A model generated the notes under the pieces. The model did not search any database. It saw only the letters and a list, made by a program, of their open reading frames with translations, and was not told the DNA's origin. Both the position numbers and the translations under genes were made by a program. A stretch of DNA of 64,000 nucleotides from Eubacteriales bacterium (GTDB lineage Bacteria > Bacillota > Clostridia > Oscillospirales > CAG-272). Location of the stretch: positions 169 through 64,168 of the forward strand of contig JAZUQQ010000031.1 of NCBI GenBank assembly GCA_045605765.1, written 5' to 3'. The number at the start of each line of letters is the position of its first letter. Positions within the stretch are counted from its first letter, which is position 1. Shown one piece after another: positions 46,132-55,796 of this stretch.

Positions 46132-47139
46132 ATGTTAATTTTGGCTTTTGAGTCCTCCTGCGACGAAACTTCGGTTGCGGTCGCAGAGATAGAAAATGAT
46201 ATATATAAGATTCGCTCTAATATCGTGGCTTCTCAGATAACGATGCACACACTTTACGGTGGCGTTGTTCCCGAAATAGCGAGCCGTGCGCATACCGAGG
46301 CTATATCTAAGCTTACTTATGATGCGCTTGCTGAGGCAAGTCTTACTCCAGACGATATAGACTGCGTTGCGGTTACCTCAAATCCCGGACTTATAGGTGC
46401 GCTTCTTGTCGGAGTGGGTTATGCAAAGGGGTGGGCGTATGCTCATAAGAAGCCTATAGTTGCCGTAAATCATATTAAAGGGCACACCGCGGCGGCATAT
46501 TACTCGCACGAGGGGCTTAAAGCACCTTTCTTTGCTCTTGTTGCATCCGGTGGTCATACATCGATGATGGATGTAAAAAGTCCTACCGAATATATAACTG
46601 TCGGTCGTACTCGTGACGATGCGGCAGGTGAAGCTTTTGATAAGGTGGCCCGTCTTCTCGGTATCGGTTATCCGGGTGGAGCTATAATGGATGAGCTTGC
46701 ATACAAAGGTAACGACAAGGCAATAAAGCTTCCGTGTCCCGCGATTCCCGACGGTATTGATTTTTCATTCAGCGGACTTAAAACGGCAGTAATAAATTAT
46801 GTAAATAGTGAAAGACAGCGCGGAAATGCAATATCTCACGCCGATATCGCGGCATCCTTTTCGGCAACAGTCGTTAAGGCGATAATTACAAATCTCGAAA
46901 AAGCACATGATATTTACGACTTTAAAACACTCGTTATCGCGGGAGGAGTTGCCGCAAATTCACATATTCGCGCCGCAACTGCCGAGTTTGCAGAAAAGCG
47001 CAGGATAAGACTGTGCATACCTGACAAATCGCTATGCGGAGATAACGCGGCAATGATAGCGGCGCAAGGTTATCACGAGTATCTTGCGGGAAATATAGCA
47101 GACAGTTCGCTTAACGCTTACTCATATCAGGCAACCTAA
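46132..47139 (+). CDS. tsaD: tRNA N6-adenosine threonylcarbamoyltransferase
   Basis: FESSCDETS, GGVVPEIASRAH, NHIKGH, ASGGHT, DDAAGEAFDK, FSFSGLKTA, DNAAMIA. Confidence 0.97.
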   Translation: MLILAFESSCDETSVAVAEIENDIYKIRSNIVASQITMHTLYGGVVPEIASRAHTEAISKLTYDALAEASLTPDDIDCVAVTSNPGLIGALLVGVGYAKGWAYAHKKPIVAVNHIKGHTAAAYYSHEGLKAPFFALVASGGHTSMMDVKSPTEYITVGRTRDDAAGEAFDKVARLLGIGYPGGAIMDELAYKGNDKAIKLPCPAIPDGIDFSFSGLKTAVINYVNSERQRGNAISHADIAASFSATVVKAIITNLEKAHDIYDFKTLVIAGGVAANSHIRAATAEFAEKRRIRLCIPDKSLCGDNAAMIAAQGYHEYLAGNIADSSLNAYSYQAT

Positions 47140-47302
47140 AAAATCGTGATTTTATACAATTTTTTTGATCAAAAGAGCTGTTTAGAGCGAAAAAATGTAT
47201 ATTTTTTTATATATACATTCCGCAAAAAAGATTTGTTCACCGCATTATAAACAGATATCCAAAGGAACATTTTGACAAAAACTCGAAGATTTCGGGTCAA
47301 GT

Positions 47303-47332
47303 TGTGGAAAACCCTGTGGATTCTGTGGAATA
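47303..47332. promoter_or_regulatory. Three tandem DnaA-box-like motifs
   Basis: TGTGGAAAA, TGTGGATTC, TGTGGAATA versus consensus TGTGGATAA (1-2 mismatches each). Confidence 0.4.
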
Positions 47333-47474
47333 CTTTATCAAGCAGAAGTAAGAAAATTATACCGAATATACATATTGCAATTTGCACAAAACATTTTTCG
47401 GTACTGATTTATAACGAAATACAAAAACATTTTTATGTTTAAGCAATAAAATTTTATAAAGTGAGGTCAAAACA

Positions 47475-48665
47475 ATGGCAGAAAAAGTGATCGTAAAAGA
47501 AAAATACGCAAACGAGATCGACAGCGCGGTAGAGAAGTACAGAAAGCTTCTTGAATCTCAGCTTGAGAGAGTTGAACGCATAAATTCATCGCGCGAAACA
47601 GTCGATTATAAATCGCTTGATAAAATAATAATCGGCGTATGCGGCGGAGACGGAATCGGTCCGGTTATCACGGGCGCGGCTATGAAGGTTCTTGAATATC
47701 TTCTTGACGGCGAGGTCAAAAAGGGAAAGGTAGAATTCAAGGTCATTGACGGTCTCACCATCGAAAACAGAGCTGCGCAGAACAAAGCTATCCCCGAGGA
47801 TGTTCTCGAAGAGCTAAAAAAATGCACCGTTATACTTAAAGGACCTACCACTACTCCTCGTGCAGGAGATCCTTGGCCGAATATAGAGAGCGCAAACGTA
47901 GCTATGCGTAAGGAGCTCGATCTTTTCGCAAACGTACGTCCTGTCAAGGTACCCGAAAAGGGAATAGACTGGACATTTTTCCGTGAGAACACCGAGGGAA
48001 GCTACGCGGTCGGAAGTCAGGGCGTAAACGTAACTGATGATCTCGCACTCGATTTCTGTGTTACCACAACTGAAGGAACGGAGAGAATTGCCCGTCTTGC
48101 ATTTGAATTTGCCCGTGCAAACGGCAAAAAACGTGTTTCTATAGTTACCAAGGCGAACGTTATAAAGACGACTGACGGTAAATTCCTGCGTATCTGCGAA
48201 GAGATCGCAAAGGAATATCCTGAAATCACTACTGACGAGTGGTTTATAGATATTATGACCGCAAAGCTCGTTGATGAAAAACGTCGTACCGATTTTCAGG
48301 TGTTTATCCTTCCCAACCTTTACGGAGATATTATCACCGACGAAGCGGCAGAATTCCAAGGCGGTGTAGGAACGGCGGGAAGTGCTAATATCGGTAAGAA
48401 ATATGCGATGTTCGAGGCTATCCACGGAAGCGCACCCAGAATGGTAAAGGAAGGACGCGCTAAGTATGCTGATCCTTGTTCGACCCTTCGTGCGGCGGCT
48501 CTCCTTCTTTCGCATATTGGATATCAAGATGAGTCTGATAAGCTTTCGGCGGCACTTGATAAGTGTATGTTTGTAGAAAAGAAGCTTACTGTTACCGGAC
48601 GCGACACTGGAGCAACCTGCGAGCAATTTGCCGACTATGTTACCGAAACGCTCAAATTACTTTGA
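47475..48665 (+). CDS. Isocitrate dehydrogenase (isocitrate/isopropylmalate dehydrogenase family)
   Basis: GDGIGP, ILKGPTTTP, SANVAMRKELDLFANVRP (IDH-type S-x-N), NLYGDIITD, FEAIHGSAP. Confidence 0.85.
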   Translation: MAEKVIVKEKYANEIDSAVEKYRKLLESQLERVERINSSRETVDYKSLDKIIIGVCGGDGIGPVITGAAMKVLEYLLDGEVKKGKVEFKVIDGLTIENRAAQNKAIPEDVLEELKKCTVILKGPTTTPRAGDPWPNIESANVAMRKELDLFANVRPVKVPEKGIDWTFFRENTEGSYAVGSQGVNVTDDLALDFCVTTTEGTERIARLAFEFARANGKKRVSIVTKANVIKTTDGKFLRICEEIAKEYPEITTDEWFIDIMTAKLVDEKRRTDFQVFILPNLYGDIITDEAAEFQGGVGTAGSANIGKKYAMFEAIHGSAPRMVKEGRAKYADPCSTLRAAALLLSHIGYQDESDKLSAALDKCMFVEKKLTVTGRDTGATCEQFADYVTETLKLL

Positions 48666-48698
48666 GGTCTAAAATAATTAAGATACGGAGATAAAACA

Positions 48699-49376
48699 AT
48701 GTCCAAAATCTTTAAAGGCATTGACTCAAATAAGAAAAATGAAATACCTCAGGCAGTTATAAACAGACTTCCGCGATATTACCGTTATCTCAGTCAACTT
48801 GTGGATAAGGGCGAATACAGAATAAGTTCCCTCGCCCTTTCCACACTTATGGGAACGACTGCATCTCAGATAAGACAGGATCTCAACTATTTCGGAGGCT
48901 TCGGTCAGCAGGGATATGGATATAACACTAAAAATCTTCGCGATTGTATAGGAGATATTCTCGGAAATAACGATTGCTACAGTACAGTAATAATCGGTGC
49001 GGGAAATCTCGGCAAAGCTATTGCAACCTCGTCTTCATTTACTCACACGGGAATGTTCCTTAAATGTCTGTTTGATATAAGGGAGGAGCTTATAGGTGAG
49101 AAGATAGGCGGATGCGAAGTAAAGCATTTGGACGATATTGAGGATTTTTGGGAAGGCAACCGTGTTGACGTAGCTATACTCGCTATTCCTTCGGATGCGG
49201 CGGTTTCGGTAGCCTCAAAGCTTGCCGAGCTTGGAGTACAGGGAATATGGAATTTTTCGGAAGCTGAGCTTGGTCTTGACCCGGAAAAGGTCGCAGTCAG
49301 AGACGTGCATCTTGTAGATTCTTTTATGACACTTTGCTTTGATATGAAGAGAAACGAGCAAAAATCTAATTTATGA
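48699..49376 (+). CDS. rex: Redox-sensing transcriptional repressor Rex
   Basis: RLPRYYRYL, SQIRQDLNYFGGFGQQGYGY, IIGAGNLG. Confidence 0.96.
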   Translation: MSKIFKGIDSNKKNEIPQAVINRLPRYYRYLSQLVDKGEYRISSLALSTLMGTTASQIRQDLNYFGGFGQQGYGYNTKNLRDCIGDILGNNDCYSTVIIGAGNLGKAIATSSSFTHTGMFLKCLFDIREELIGEKIGGCEVKHLDDIEDFWEGNRVDVAILAIPSDAAVSVASKLAELGVQGIWNFSEAELGLDPEKVAVRDVHLVDSFMTLCFDMKRNEQKSNL

Positions 49377-49389
49377 AAGAAGTCGTAAT

Positions 49390-50373
49390 ATGAAAATAAA
49401 TGTAGAGTTCGGTAATGGCGTAATATCACTTCCCGAAAAAGTGCTTGATATTTTACATAGTGTTTCCGAGCTTGAATTGAAACTACTCGTTTTTCTTTCT
49501 TCGGAAAAGATGCTAAGAGAGAGCTTTTCACACGAAGATGCAGCGCTCGCTCTTTCGGTAAACACCGATCAAATAAGAGCGGCTGTTAAATATCTGTCTG
49601 AAAAAGGACTTATCTCTATTGATGGCGAAAAAATGGGAAGTGTGTCGGTAAGGGTCAAGAAATCGGGGGATAAAACTGTTACAGTCGTAAAAGCGGGCAA
49701 TGATATCCCAACATACACTGGTGCTGAAATAGAACAAATTTTCGCTCATAATGAAAAACTGGGCGGACTCGTTGACTCTTGTCAGCGTATTCTTGGAAAG
49801 ATGTTTACTCTTATAGAAATAAACAAGGTAATTCACTTGTCCGATTATTACCGCCTTGATAACAAGTATATCGAGATGCTTTTTAGTTACGCGGCTAGCA
49901 TAGGAAAAACGTCCGTGCCTTACGTGGATAAGATGGCACGTGAGTTCTATGATCAGGGAATTATGACCGTATCTGCGCTCGATAATAAGCTTCAAAAACT
50001 CAAGGAGTTTTCTACTCTTGAGGGCTTCGTTCGTAAGCTTTTCGGTATGGGCGAAAGAAAGCTCACTGCCAAAGAATCACGATTTATCGAACAGTGGGTC
50101 GAGTTTAAATATCCGAGTGATATTATAGAGCTTGCGTATGAAATAATGATAGACAACGGCAAGGAAGCCTCTATGCCTTATATGAATAAGGTGCTTACAA
50201 ATTGGCGTGATGCAGGGCATAGGACCTCAGAAGAGATTCTGGCTTCTATAGATAGCTATAGAAGAAACAAAAACTCTACTCCTTACAAAAAAACTAACGA
50301 TTTGCTTGAAGAAGAAATATTCGCAAATTCAATGAAGATAGCACGAAAATTATTAGGCGAAGACGATGATTAA
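49390..50373 (+). CDS. DnaD/DnaB-domain replication protein
   Basis: Two DnaD-like helical domains (YVDKMAREF; YMNKVLTNW), N-terminal winged helix; paired with the downstream AAA+ loader. Confidence 0.85.
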   Translation: MKINVEFGNGVISLPEKVLDILHSVSELELKLLVFLSSEKMLRESFSHEDAALALSVNTDQIRAAVKYLSEKGLISIDGEKMGSVSVRVKKSGDKTVTVVKAGNDIPTYTGAEIEQIFAHNEKLGGLVDSCQRILGKMFTLIEINKVIHLSDYYRLDNKYIEMLFSYAASIGKTSVPYVDKMAREFYDQGIMTVSALDNKLQKLKEFSTLEGFVRKLFGMGERKLTAKESRFIEQWVEFKYPSDIIELAYEIMIDNGKEASMPYMNKVLTNWRDAGHRTSEEILASIDSYRRNKNSTPYKKTNDLLEEEIFANSMKIARKLLGEDDD

Positions 50374-50400
50374 TAATATTTGAAAAGGAATGCTTATAGA

Positions 50401-51381
50401 ATGGCCTATAACAGTGACGCTTTTAAAAAAGTGATGGATGATTTCAGTGTCAAGCGAGCGGCGGCAATAGATGAAGCCGAAAAACGCCTTGATGACGTTG
50501 TGAAAAAATGTCCTGAAATAAAGATGATAGACGTGGCACTTGCTGGAACAGGAGTAGCTATAATGGAGGCTATTGGACAGGGGCGCGACGGTATCGAGGA
50601 AAGGATAGAAAAGATCCGCAAAAATAACGAGGAGCTCCAACAGCAAAGAGCCGATTGCCTCGCTCTTTTGGGACTTATGTCCGACCATACCGAGCCGAAA
50701 TTTGAATGTACTCTATGTAAGGATACGGGATATGATGAAAGCGCCCGACTTTGCAAGTGCTTCAAAAAGGCACTAACGATTGAGACGTGTAAAAGATCTG
50801 GGCTCGGAAGGCTTGTTGATATTCAGACCTTCGACAGTTACTCGCTTGATTATTTTAAGGATAACATCGATGTATATGATAAAATGAGCGAAATATTTAA
50901 ACAGTGTAAAAAATATGCTGAGAAATTTTCTCCTGAAAGTAAGCATCTCATGCTTGTTGGGGATACAGGACTAGGCAAAACTCACCTTTCTACTGCTATT
51001 GCGGGAAGGGTTATCGAACGCGGATTTGATGTTTGCTACGACACCGCAACCAACATTTTCTCATCGTTTGAAAACGAACGATTCGGAAAACAAAACTCAA
51101 AATTTGCAATACCTACCGAGAGATATTTTGACTGTGATCTTCTTATAATAGACGATCTCGGAACTGAGCCTGTAACTCAGTTCACGGTCTCATCACTTTA
51201 CAATCTTATAAACACTAGATCAATGAACGAAAAGCAAGTGTTGCTGAACACCAATCTGACAAAAGATGAAATCAAAAAAAAGTACGGTGATCGAATTGCG
51301 TCTAGACTGATTGGAGAAGCAATAATCCTTCAGTTTGTTGGCAATGATGTTCGACTTCAAAAAATTGGAAAATTAATATGA
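50401..51381 (+). CDS. DnaC/DnaI-like helicase loader ATPase
   Basis: Zn motif CTLCKDTG...CKC, GDTGLGKTHL, LIIDDLGTE, NTNL, RIASRL. Confidence 0.9.
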   Translation: MAYNSDAFKKVMDDFSVKRAAAIDEAEKRLDDVVKKCPEIKMIDVALAGTGVAIMEAIGQGRDGIEERIEKIRKNNEELQQQRADCLALLGLMSDHTEPKFECTLCKDTGYDESARLCKCFKKALTIETCKRSGLGRLVDIQTFDSYSLDYFKDNIDVYDKMSEIFKQCKKYAEKFSPESKHLMLVGDTGLGKTHLSTAIAGRVIERGFDVCYDTATNIFSSFENERFGKQNSKFAIPTERYFDCDLLIIDDLGTEPVTQFTVSSLYNLINTRSMNEKQVLLNTNLTKDEIKKKYGDRIASRLIGEAIILQFVGNDVRLQKIGKLI

Positions 51382-52175
51382 ATTTTTCAGATAAATTTTA
51401 TTTAACGAAATCTTGCGGTATACCGATATTCAAATCGGAAAATATTTGTTCTCCTCACGCATTTTCGACACGTCTAGGCGGTGTGAGCAGTGAAATACCG
51501 TTTGCTAGTTTGAATCTATCCTATGGACGCGGAGACGGCGATGCAAACGTTGACAAAAATCTCGAAATATTTACGGGTATATTCGGTAGTGACCGCGCGC
51601 ATCTTATTACCGCATCTCAGGTACATTCGGCAAAGGTAAAAACGGTTTTTCTCTCTGATGCAGGTGAAAATTTCGAGGGATTTGACGGATTTGTTACAAA
51701 CGAAAAGGGAATTATAATTTCCGCATCTGTTGCGGACTGTACACCTATACTTCTTGAAGACAGTGAAAATGGGGTAATTGCCGCACTCCACGCAGGTTGG
51801 CGAGGTACTGTGGCGGCTATTGCATCTGAGGGAGTTCGTAAGATGGTGAAGCTCGGAGCAGATATTAAAAAGATAAATGCCGCCATAGGACCGTGTATTC
51901 ACGCGTGTTGTTACGAGGTGGGCGAGGACTTTTTCGAATCAGTAACCGCTCTTCGAGGCAATGATTTTGCTCTTAGACATATTAAGCGACAGTCGGACGG
52001 AAGTTTACACGCTGATATCGTTTCAATGAACGCAGAGCTACTTTTTGACGCGGGACTTCGCGCCGATAATATAAGTATTTCAAAAAAATGTACTGCCTGT
52101 GAAAGCGATCTTTTCTTCTCCCACAGAGCATCAAAGGGTGTTCGCGGCGGAATGAAAGCGGCAATAATGCTTTGA
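51378..52175 (+). CDS. pgeF: PgeF/YfiH (laccase-domain) protein
   Basis: FSTRLGGVS, SQVHS, VADCTPILL, HAGWRG, IGPCI..CCYEVG, FFSHR. Confidence 0.92.
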   Translation: MNFSDKFYLTKSCGIPIFKSENICSPHAFSTRLGGVSSEIPFASLNLSYGRGDGDANVDKNLEIFTGIFGSDRAHLITASQVHSAKVKTVFLSDAGENFEGFDGFVTNEKGIIISASVADCTPILLEDSENGVIAALHAGWRGTVAAIASEGVRKMVKLGADIKKINAAIGPCIHACCYEVGEDFFESVTALRGNDFALRHIKRQSDGSLHADIVSMNAELLFDAGLRADNISISKKCTACESDLFFSHRASKGVRGGMKAAIML

Positions 52176-52232
52176 AAAATATCTGTTTACAGATTATCAT
52201 ATATTCAGAAAACTGAAAGGTACGGTCATATA

Positions 52233-53264
52233 ATGATACAAATCGAAAATCTGGTAAAAAAATACGGAGATAAAACTGCCGTCGGCGGAATTACTTTTTC
52301 GGTTGAAGAAGGAGAGATCGTCGGTTTCCTCGGTCCGAACGGTGCGGGAAAAACAACCACTATGAGTATACTCACGGGTTGTCTTTCGGCAACATCGGGA
52401 AAGGCACTTATAAACGGAATCGATATTCTCGAAAACCCGATAGAGGCAAAGCGCAATATAGGATATCTTCCCGAGCTTCCGCCCCTTTATCTCGAAATGA
52501 CGGTAAAGGAATATCTGAATTTTATATATGATATGCGCTCCTGCAAACTCGACAGGGAAAAGCATCTCAAAGATATTTGCGATACAGTTAAGATAAGCGA
52601 TGTTTTAAACAGAGTTATCAGAAACCTTTCAAAAGGATACCGTCAGAGGGTAGGAATAGCGCAGGCGCTAGTTAACAATCCCAAGGTAATCATTTTTGAT
52701 GAGCCTACCGTCGGTCTTGACCCGAAGCAGATAATTGAAATAAGAAATCTTATAAAGACTCTAGGAAAGAACCACACGGTTATTCTCTCCACGCATATTC
52801 TTCCAGAAGTTCAGGCAGTTTGTGACCGTATAGTTATTATAAACAAGGGTAAAATAGTCGCTAACGAAAAGACCGAGAATATCTCAAAGATCGTTGACGG
52901 AAATCGAAGACTTAACGTAAAAATATGCGGACCGCAAAAGGAAGTTCTCTCTCTTATAAAAGCGCTTCCCGGAGTTTCATATGTTGATGTGCTGGGTATG
53001 CACGAGCTTGACAGTACGTCGTATTTGATCGAAAGTCAGCCCGGAATCGACATAAGAAAAACCCTCTTTAATTCTCTCGCATCTCGCGGATGGGCTATAA
53101 TCGGTATCGAGGCACTCGGAATAAACCTGGAAGATATATTTATTGCAGTTGTCGATACACCCGAACCGACCAAGAAATCAAAGAAGTCTAAAAATAAAAA
53201 GACAGTTGTCGGAAAGGGCAAAAAGATTGAAATAGATCTTTCGTCAGATGACGAGAGAAAATAA
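52233..53264 (+). CDS. ABC transporter ATP-binding protein (GldA-like)
   Basis: GPNGAGKTT, LSKGYRQRVG, IFDEPTVGLDP, LSTHIL. Confidence 0.93.
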   Translation: MIQIENLVKKYGDKTAVGGITFSVEEGEIVGFLGPNGAGKTTTMSILTGCLSATSGKALINGIDILENPIEAKRNIGYLPELPPLYLEMTVKEYLNFIYDMRSCKLDREKHLKDICDTVKISDVLNRVIRNLSKGYRQRVGIAQALVNNPKVIIFDEPTVGLDPKQIIEIRNLIKTLGKNHTVILSTHILPEVQAVCDRIVIINKGKIVANEKTENISKIVDGNRRLNVKICGPQKEVLSLIKALPGVSYVDVLGMHELDSTSYLIESQPGIDIRKTLFNSLASRGWAIIGIEALGINLEDIFIAVVDTPEPTKKSKKSKNKKTVVGKGKKIEIDLSSDDERK

Positions 53265-53338
53265 ACGGTGTTATTAAAACAGTTAAAATGAAAGGATATC
53301 CTCTGTCGGTATGTCAGAGGAACAACGGTTAAGTATAA

Positions 53339-54046
53339 ATGTTTGCCATCTATAAGAGGGAACTGCGTTCCTACTTTATTTCTCCGATAGGATATATTTT
53401 TATAGCCGCTTTTCTTTGTGTTAGCGGAATACTCTTTTCATACACTACAATTCAGGCAGGAGAGGCAAGCAGCGTAGGAAATTATTTTTCACTGCTTCTT
53501 ATGCTCTTTATAATAGTGCTTCCCCTGCTTACTATGAAGCTATTTTCGGACGAAAGGCGTCTGCGCACCGAATCACTGCTCCTTTCGGCGCCGATCAGTC
53601 TGATGAGCATGGTAGCTGCCAAATTTTTTGCGGCTTATACCGTATTTGCAGGAACATTCCTTTTTTCCTGTCTTGATTTCATAGCACTTTATTCTCACGG
53701 AGAGCCTAATACTGCAATAATTATCGGAAACGTGATTGCCGTACTTCTCGTCGGAGGAGCTTGTATCGCGATAGGAGTTTTCGTTTCTTCACTCACCGAA
53801 AATCAGCTTATAGCGGCAATAGGAACTATGCTTATCATAGCATTCTTTGTGTTTACTACCGTACTTAACGGATATATTGATAGCTACGTTATAAGAGCAG
53901 TGCTCAGCTGGATATCTATTCTCGATAGATTTGTAAACTTCTCTTACGGATATTTTGATTTTAATGCAATTCTTTATTATATTTCACTTTCGTTCGTATT
54001 TCTTTTCTTGACGGTGCGCGTATATGAAAAACGTCGTTGGAGTTGA
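53339..54046 (+). CDS. ABC-2 permease (GldF-like)
   Basis: IYKRELRSYFISPIGY, LTMKLFSDERR..TE.LLLSAP, SSLTENQLIAA; 6 TM. Confidence 0.9.
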   Translation: MFAIYKRELRSYFISPIGYIFIAAFLCVSGILFSYTTIQAGEASSVGNYFSLLLMLFIIVLPLLTMKLFSDERRLRTESLLLSAPISLMSMVAAKFFAAYTVFAGTFLFSCLDFIALYSHGEPNTAIIIGNVIAVLLVGGACIAIGVFVSSLTENQLIAAIGTMLIIAFFVFTTVLNGYIDSYVIRAVLSWISILDRFVNFSYGYFDFNAILYYISLSFVFLFLTVRVYEKRRWS

Positions 54047-54094
54047 TCTTTTTACGAAAAACGCACTTTTTATAAAATATAAATGGAGTTTAAA

Positions 54095-55765
54095 ATGAGA
54101 TACGATAAACTTAGAAAAAGATCACTGTTTGCGCTAGTTACCTGCATCATTCTTGCGGCGGTCATTCTTCTGAATATACTCGTTAGCTATATTGCGTCAA
54201 GAAATATTCTTTACCTGGATTTGACAAAGACCAGTTATACAGAAATCTCTGAGATTTCTGAAAATTATCTTTCCGATATATCATCCGACAATAACGATAT
54301 AACTATATACTTTCTTGCCGACAAGGACGAGCTTCAAAACGCAGGCTTCGGTTATAGTGTTGATTATACCGGAGAGACGTCAAATCTTTGGGGAATGAAG
54401 CATATATACGAGCTTGCCACCGTGTATTCTGAAAAATATGATTTTATAAATGTAAGACATCTTGATATAAGCAAAGATACCGATATACTCGAAAAATATA
54501 AGACGAGCATATCTATGACGTTTAATAAGCAGAGGATAATAATTGATAACGCTATTCCCGAAAAGGATGAAAACGGTAATACCATGCTTGATGGTAACGG
54601 AGAGCCTATAATCCATCATAACTTTCGTGTATCTAGCAGAGACTATTTTTATTCTTTTGATACCTCGTCAAATTACGCATACGGCTTCAACGGTGAGCTT
54701 AGATTTACCTCAATGATAATGAGCGTAGCGGGTCAGAGTCCGGTAGCTTATTTTGCATACGGTCACGGCGAAGAAATCGGAAGTTATGAGATTGGCAGTA
54801 ATACCGCAAGCTCGGATGAAGATTACGGTAAAGCACAGGCACTTCGTGATTATATCTATAATTCGGGCTTTGTGGTTAAAAAGATCGATATACCAAGCCA
54901 GTACGATAAGCTTCTTAACGATGAAAATGCGAGACTTCTTATAATATTTGATCCAAAGGAAGATTTCTGCGGAGCAAGTGCAGAGAGTGATAACGATAAA
55001 TCTACGATCAATGAGATCGCTATACTCAGAAAGTTCGTAAATCGCGTAAACTGTCATCTTATGGTATTTTCCGATCCTTCTGAGGGAAAAGAAACACCCA
55101 ACCTCGACGAGTATCTTGAAGATTATTGGGGTATTAAATTCGATAACACACCCGTGAAGGATAGCGGTACAAACAGTCTTTCTGTGGACGGAAGTATTTT
55201 TATGGCTGATTATGAAACGAATCACCTCAGCCCTGGAATAAGCCTTACATCGGGTCTTACCGCGCTCGATTCACTTCCGAGAATTTATTTTTCAAATGCA
55301 GGCACTATATCCGTGAAAGAAACATTTTCAAATGAAGTGGGAGTTACACAAGGCTATGCCGCGAAATACTCTGGAAACGTATTTATTGCTCCACAGTCTG
55401 CCAAATATAGTGACGATACTTCTGCCGCTGCAGCTACTCTTATGGCTATAACTTACGAAAAATGGTACGATACAAGTAACAATGTATTTCCGACTTATCT
55501 TCTGGCTTGTGCATGTACCGATTACGTGTCGGAAACGGCAATGTCAAATGAATACGGAAATAGCGACGTAATAGGCTATCTTCTCAAATCTATGGGTAAA
55601 GATACCTTTACTTTTGATATAGATATGAAGGTAATCGAGACCGAGGCAGTAGAAACTCCGTCAGCAGCACTACTTACGCTTTGGAATGTATTTATTTATA
55701 TAATTCCGCCGGTGGTATCGCTCGTTCTCGGAACTGTTGTATTTATCAAGAGAAGACACGCGTAA
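54095..55765 (+). CDS. GldG-like ABC auxiliary component (paralog 1)
   Basis: N-terminal TM, LDLTK..YTEIS, AYFAYGHGE, C-terminal TM. Confidence 0.78.
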   Translation: MRYDKLRKRSLFALVTCIILAAVILLNILVSYIASRNILYLDLTKTSYTEISEISENYLSDISSDNNDITIYFLADKDELQNAGFGYSVDYTGETSNLWGMKHIYELATVYSEKYDFINVRHLDISKDTDILEKYKTSISMTFNKQRIIIDNAIPEKDENGNTMLDGNGEPIIHHNFRVSSRDYFYSFDTSSNYAYGFNGELRFTSMIMSVAGQSPVAYFAYGHGEEIGSYEIGSNTASSDEDYGKAQALRDYIYNSGFVVKKIDIPSQYDKLLNDENARLLIIFDPKEDFCGASAESDNDKSTINEIAILRKFVNRVNCHLMVFSDPSEGKETPNLDEYLEDYWGIKFDNTPVKDSGTNSLSVDGSIFMADYETNHLSPGISLTSGLTALDSLPRIYFSNAGTISVKETFSNEVGVTQGYAAKYSGNVFIAPQSAKYSDDTSAAAATLMAITYEKWYDTSNNVFPTYLLACACTDYVSETAMSNEYGNSDVIGYLLKSMGKDTFTFDIDMKVIETEAVETPSAALLTLWNVFIYIIPPVVSLVLGTVVFIKRRHA

Positions 55766-55796
55766 GTTTTCTTGTGTGAAAGGAATCTTTAACGAT

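Noticed and set aside
49390-51381. dnaD/dnaC-like pair as a prophage replication module
   Set aside because: Flanked by rex and pgeF, host-like composition, and no integrase, structural or lysis genes.
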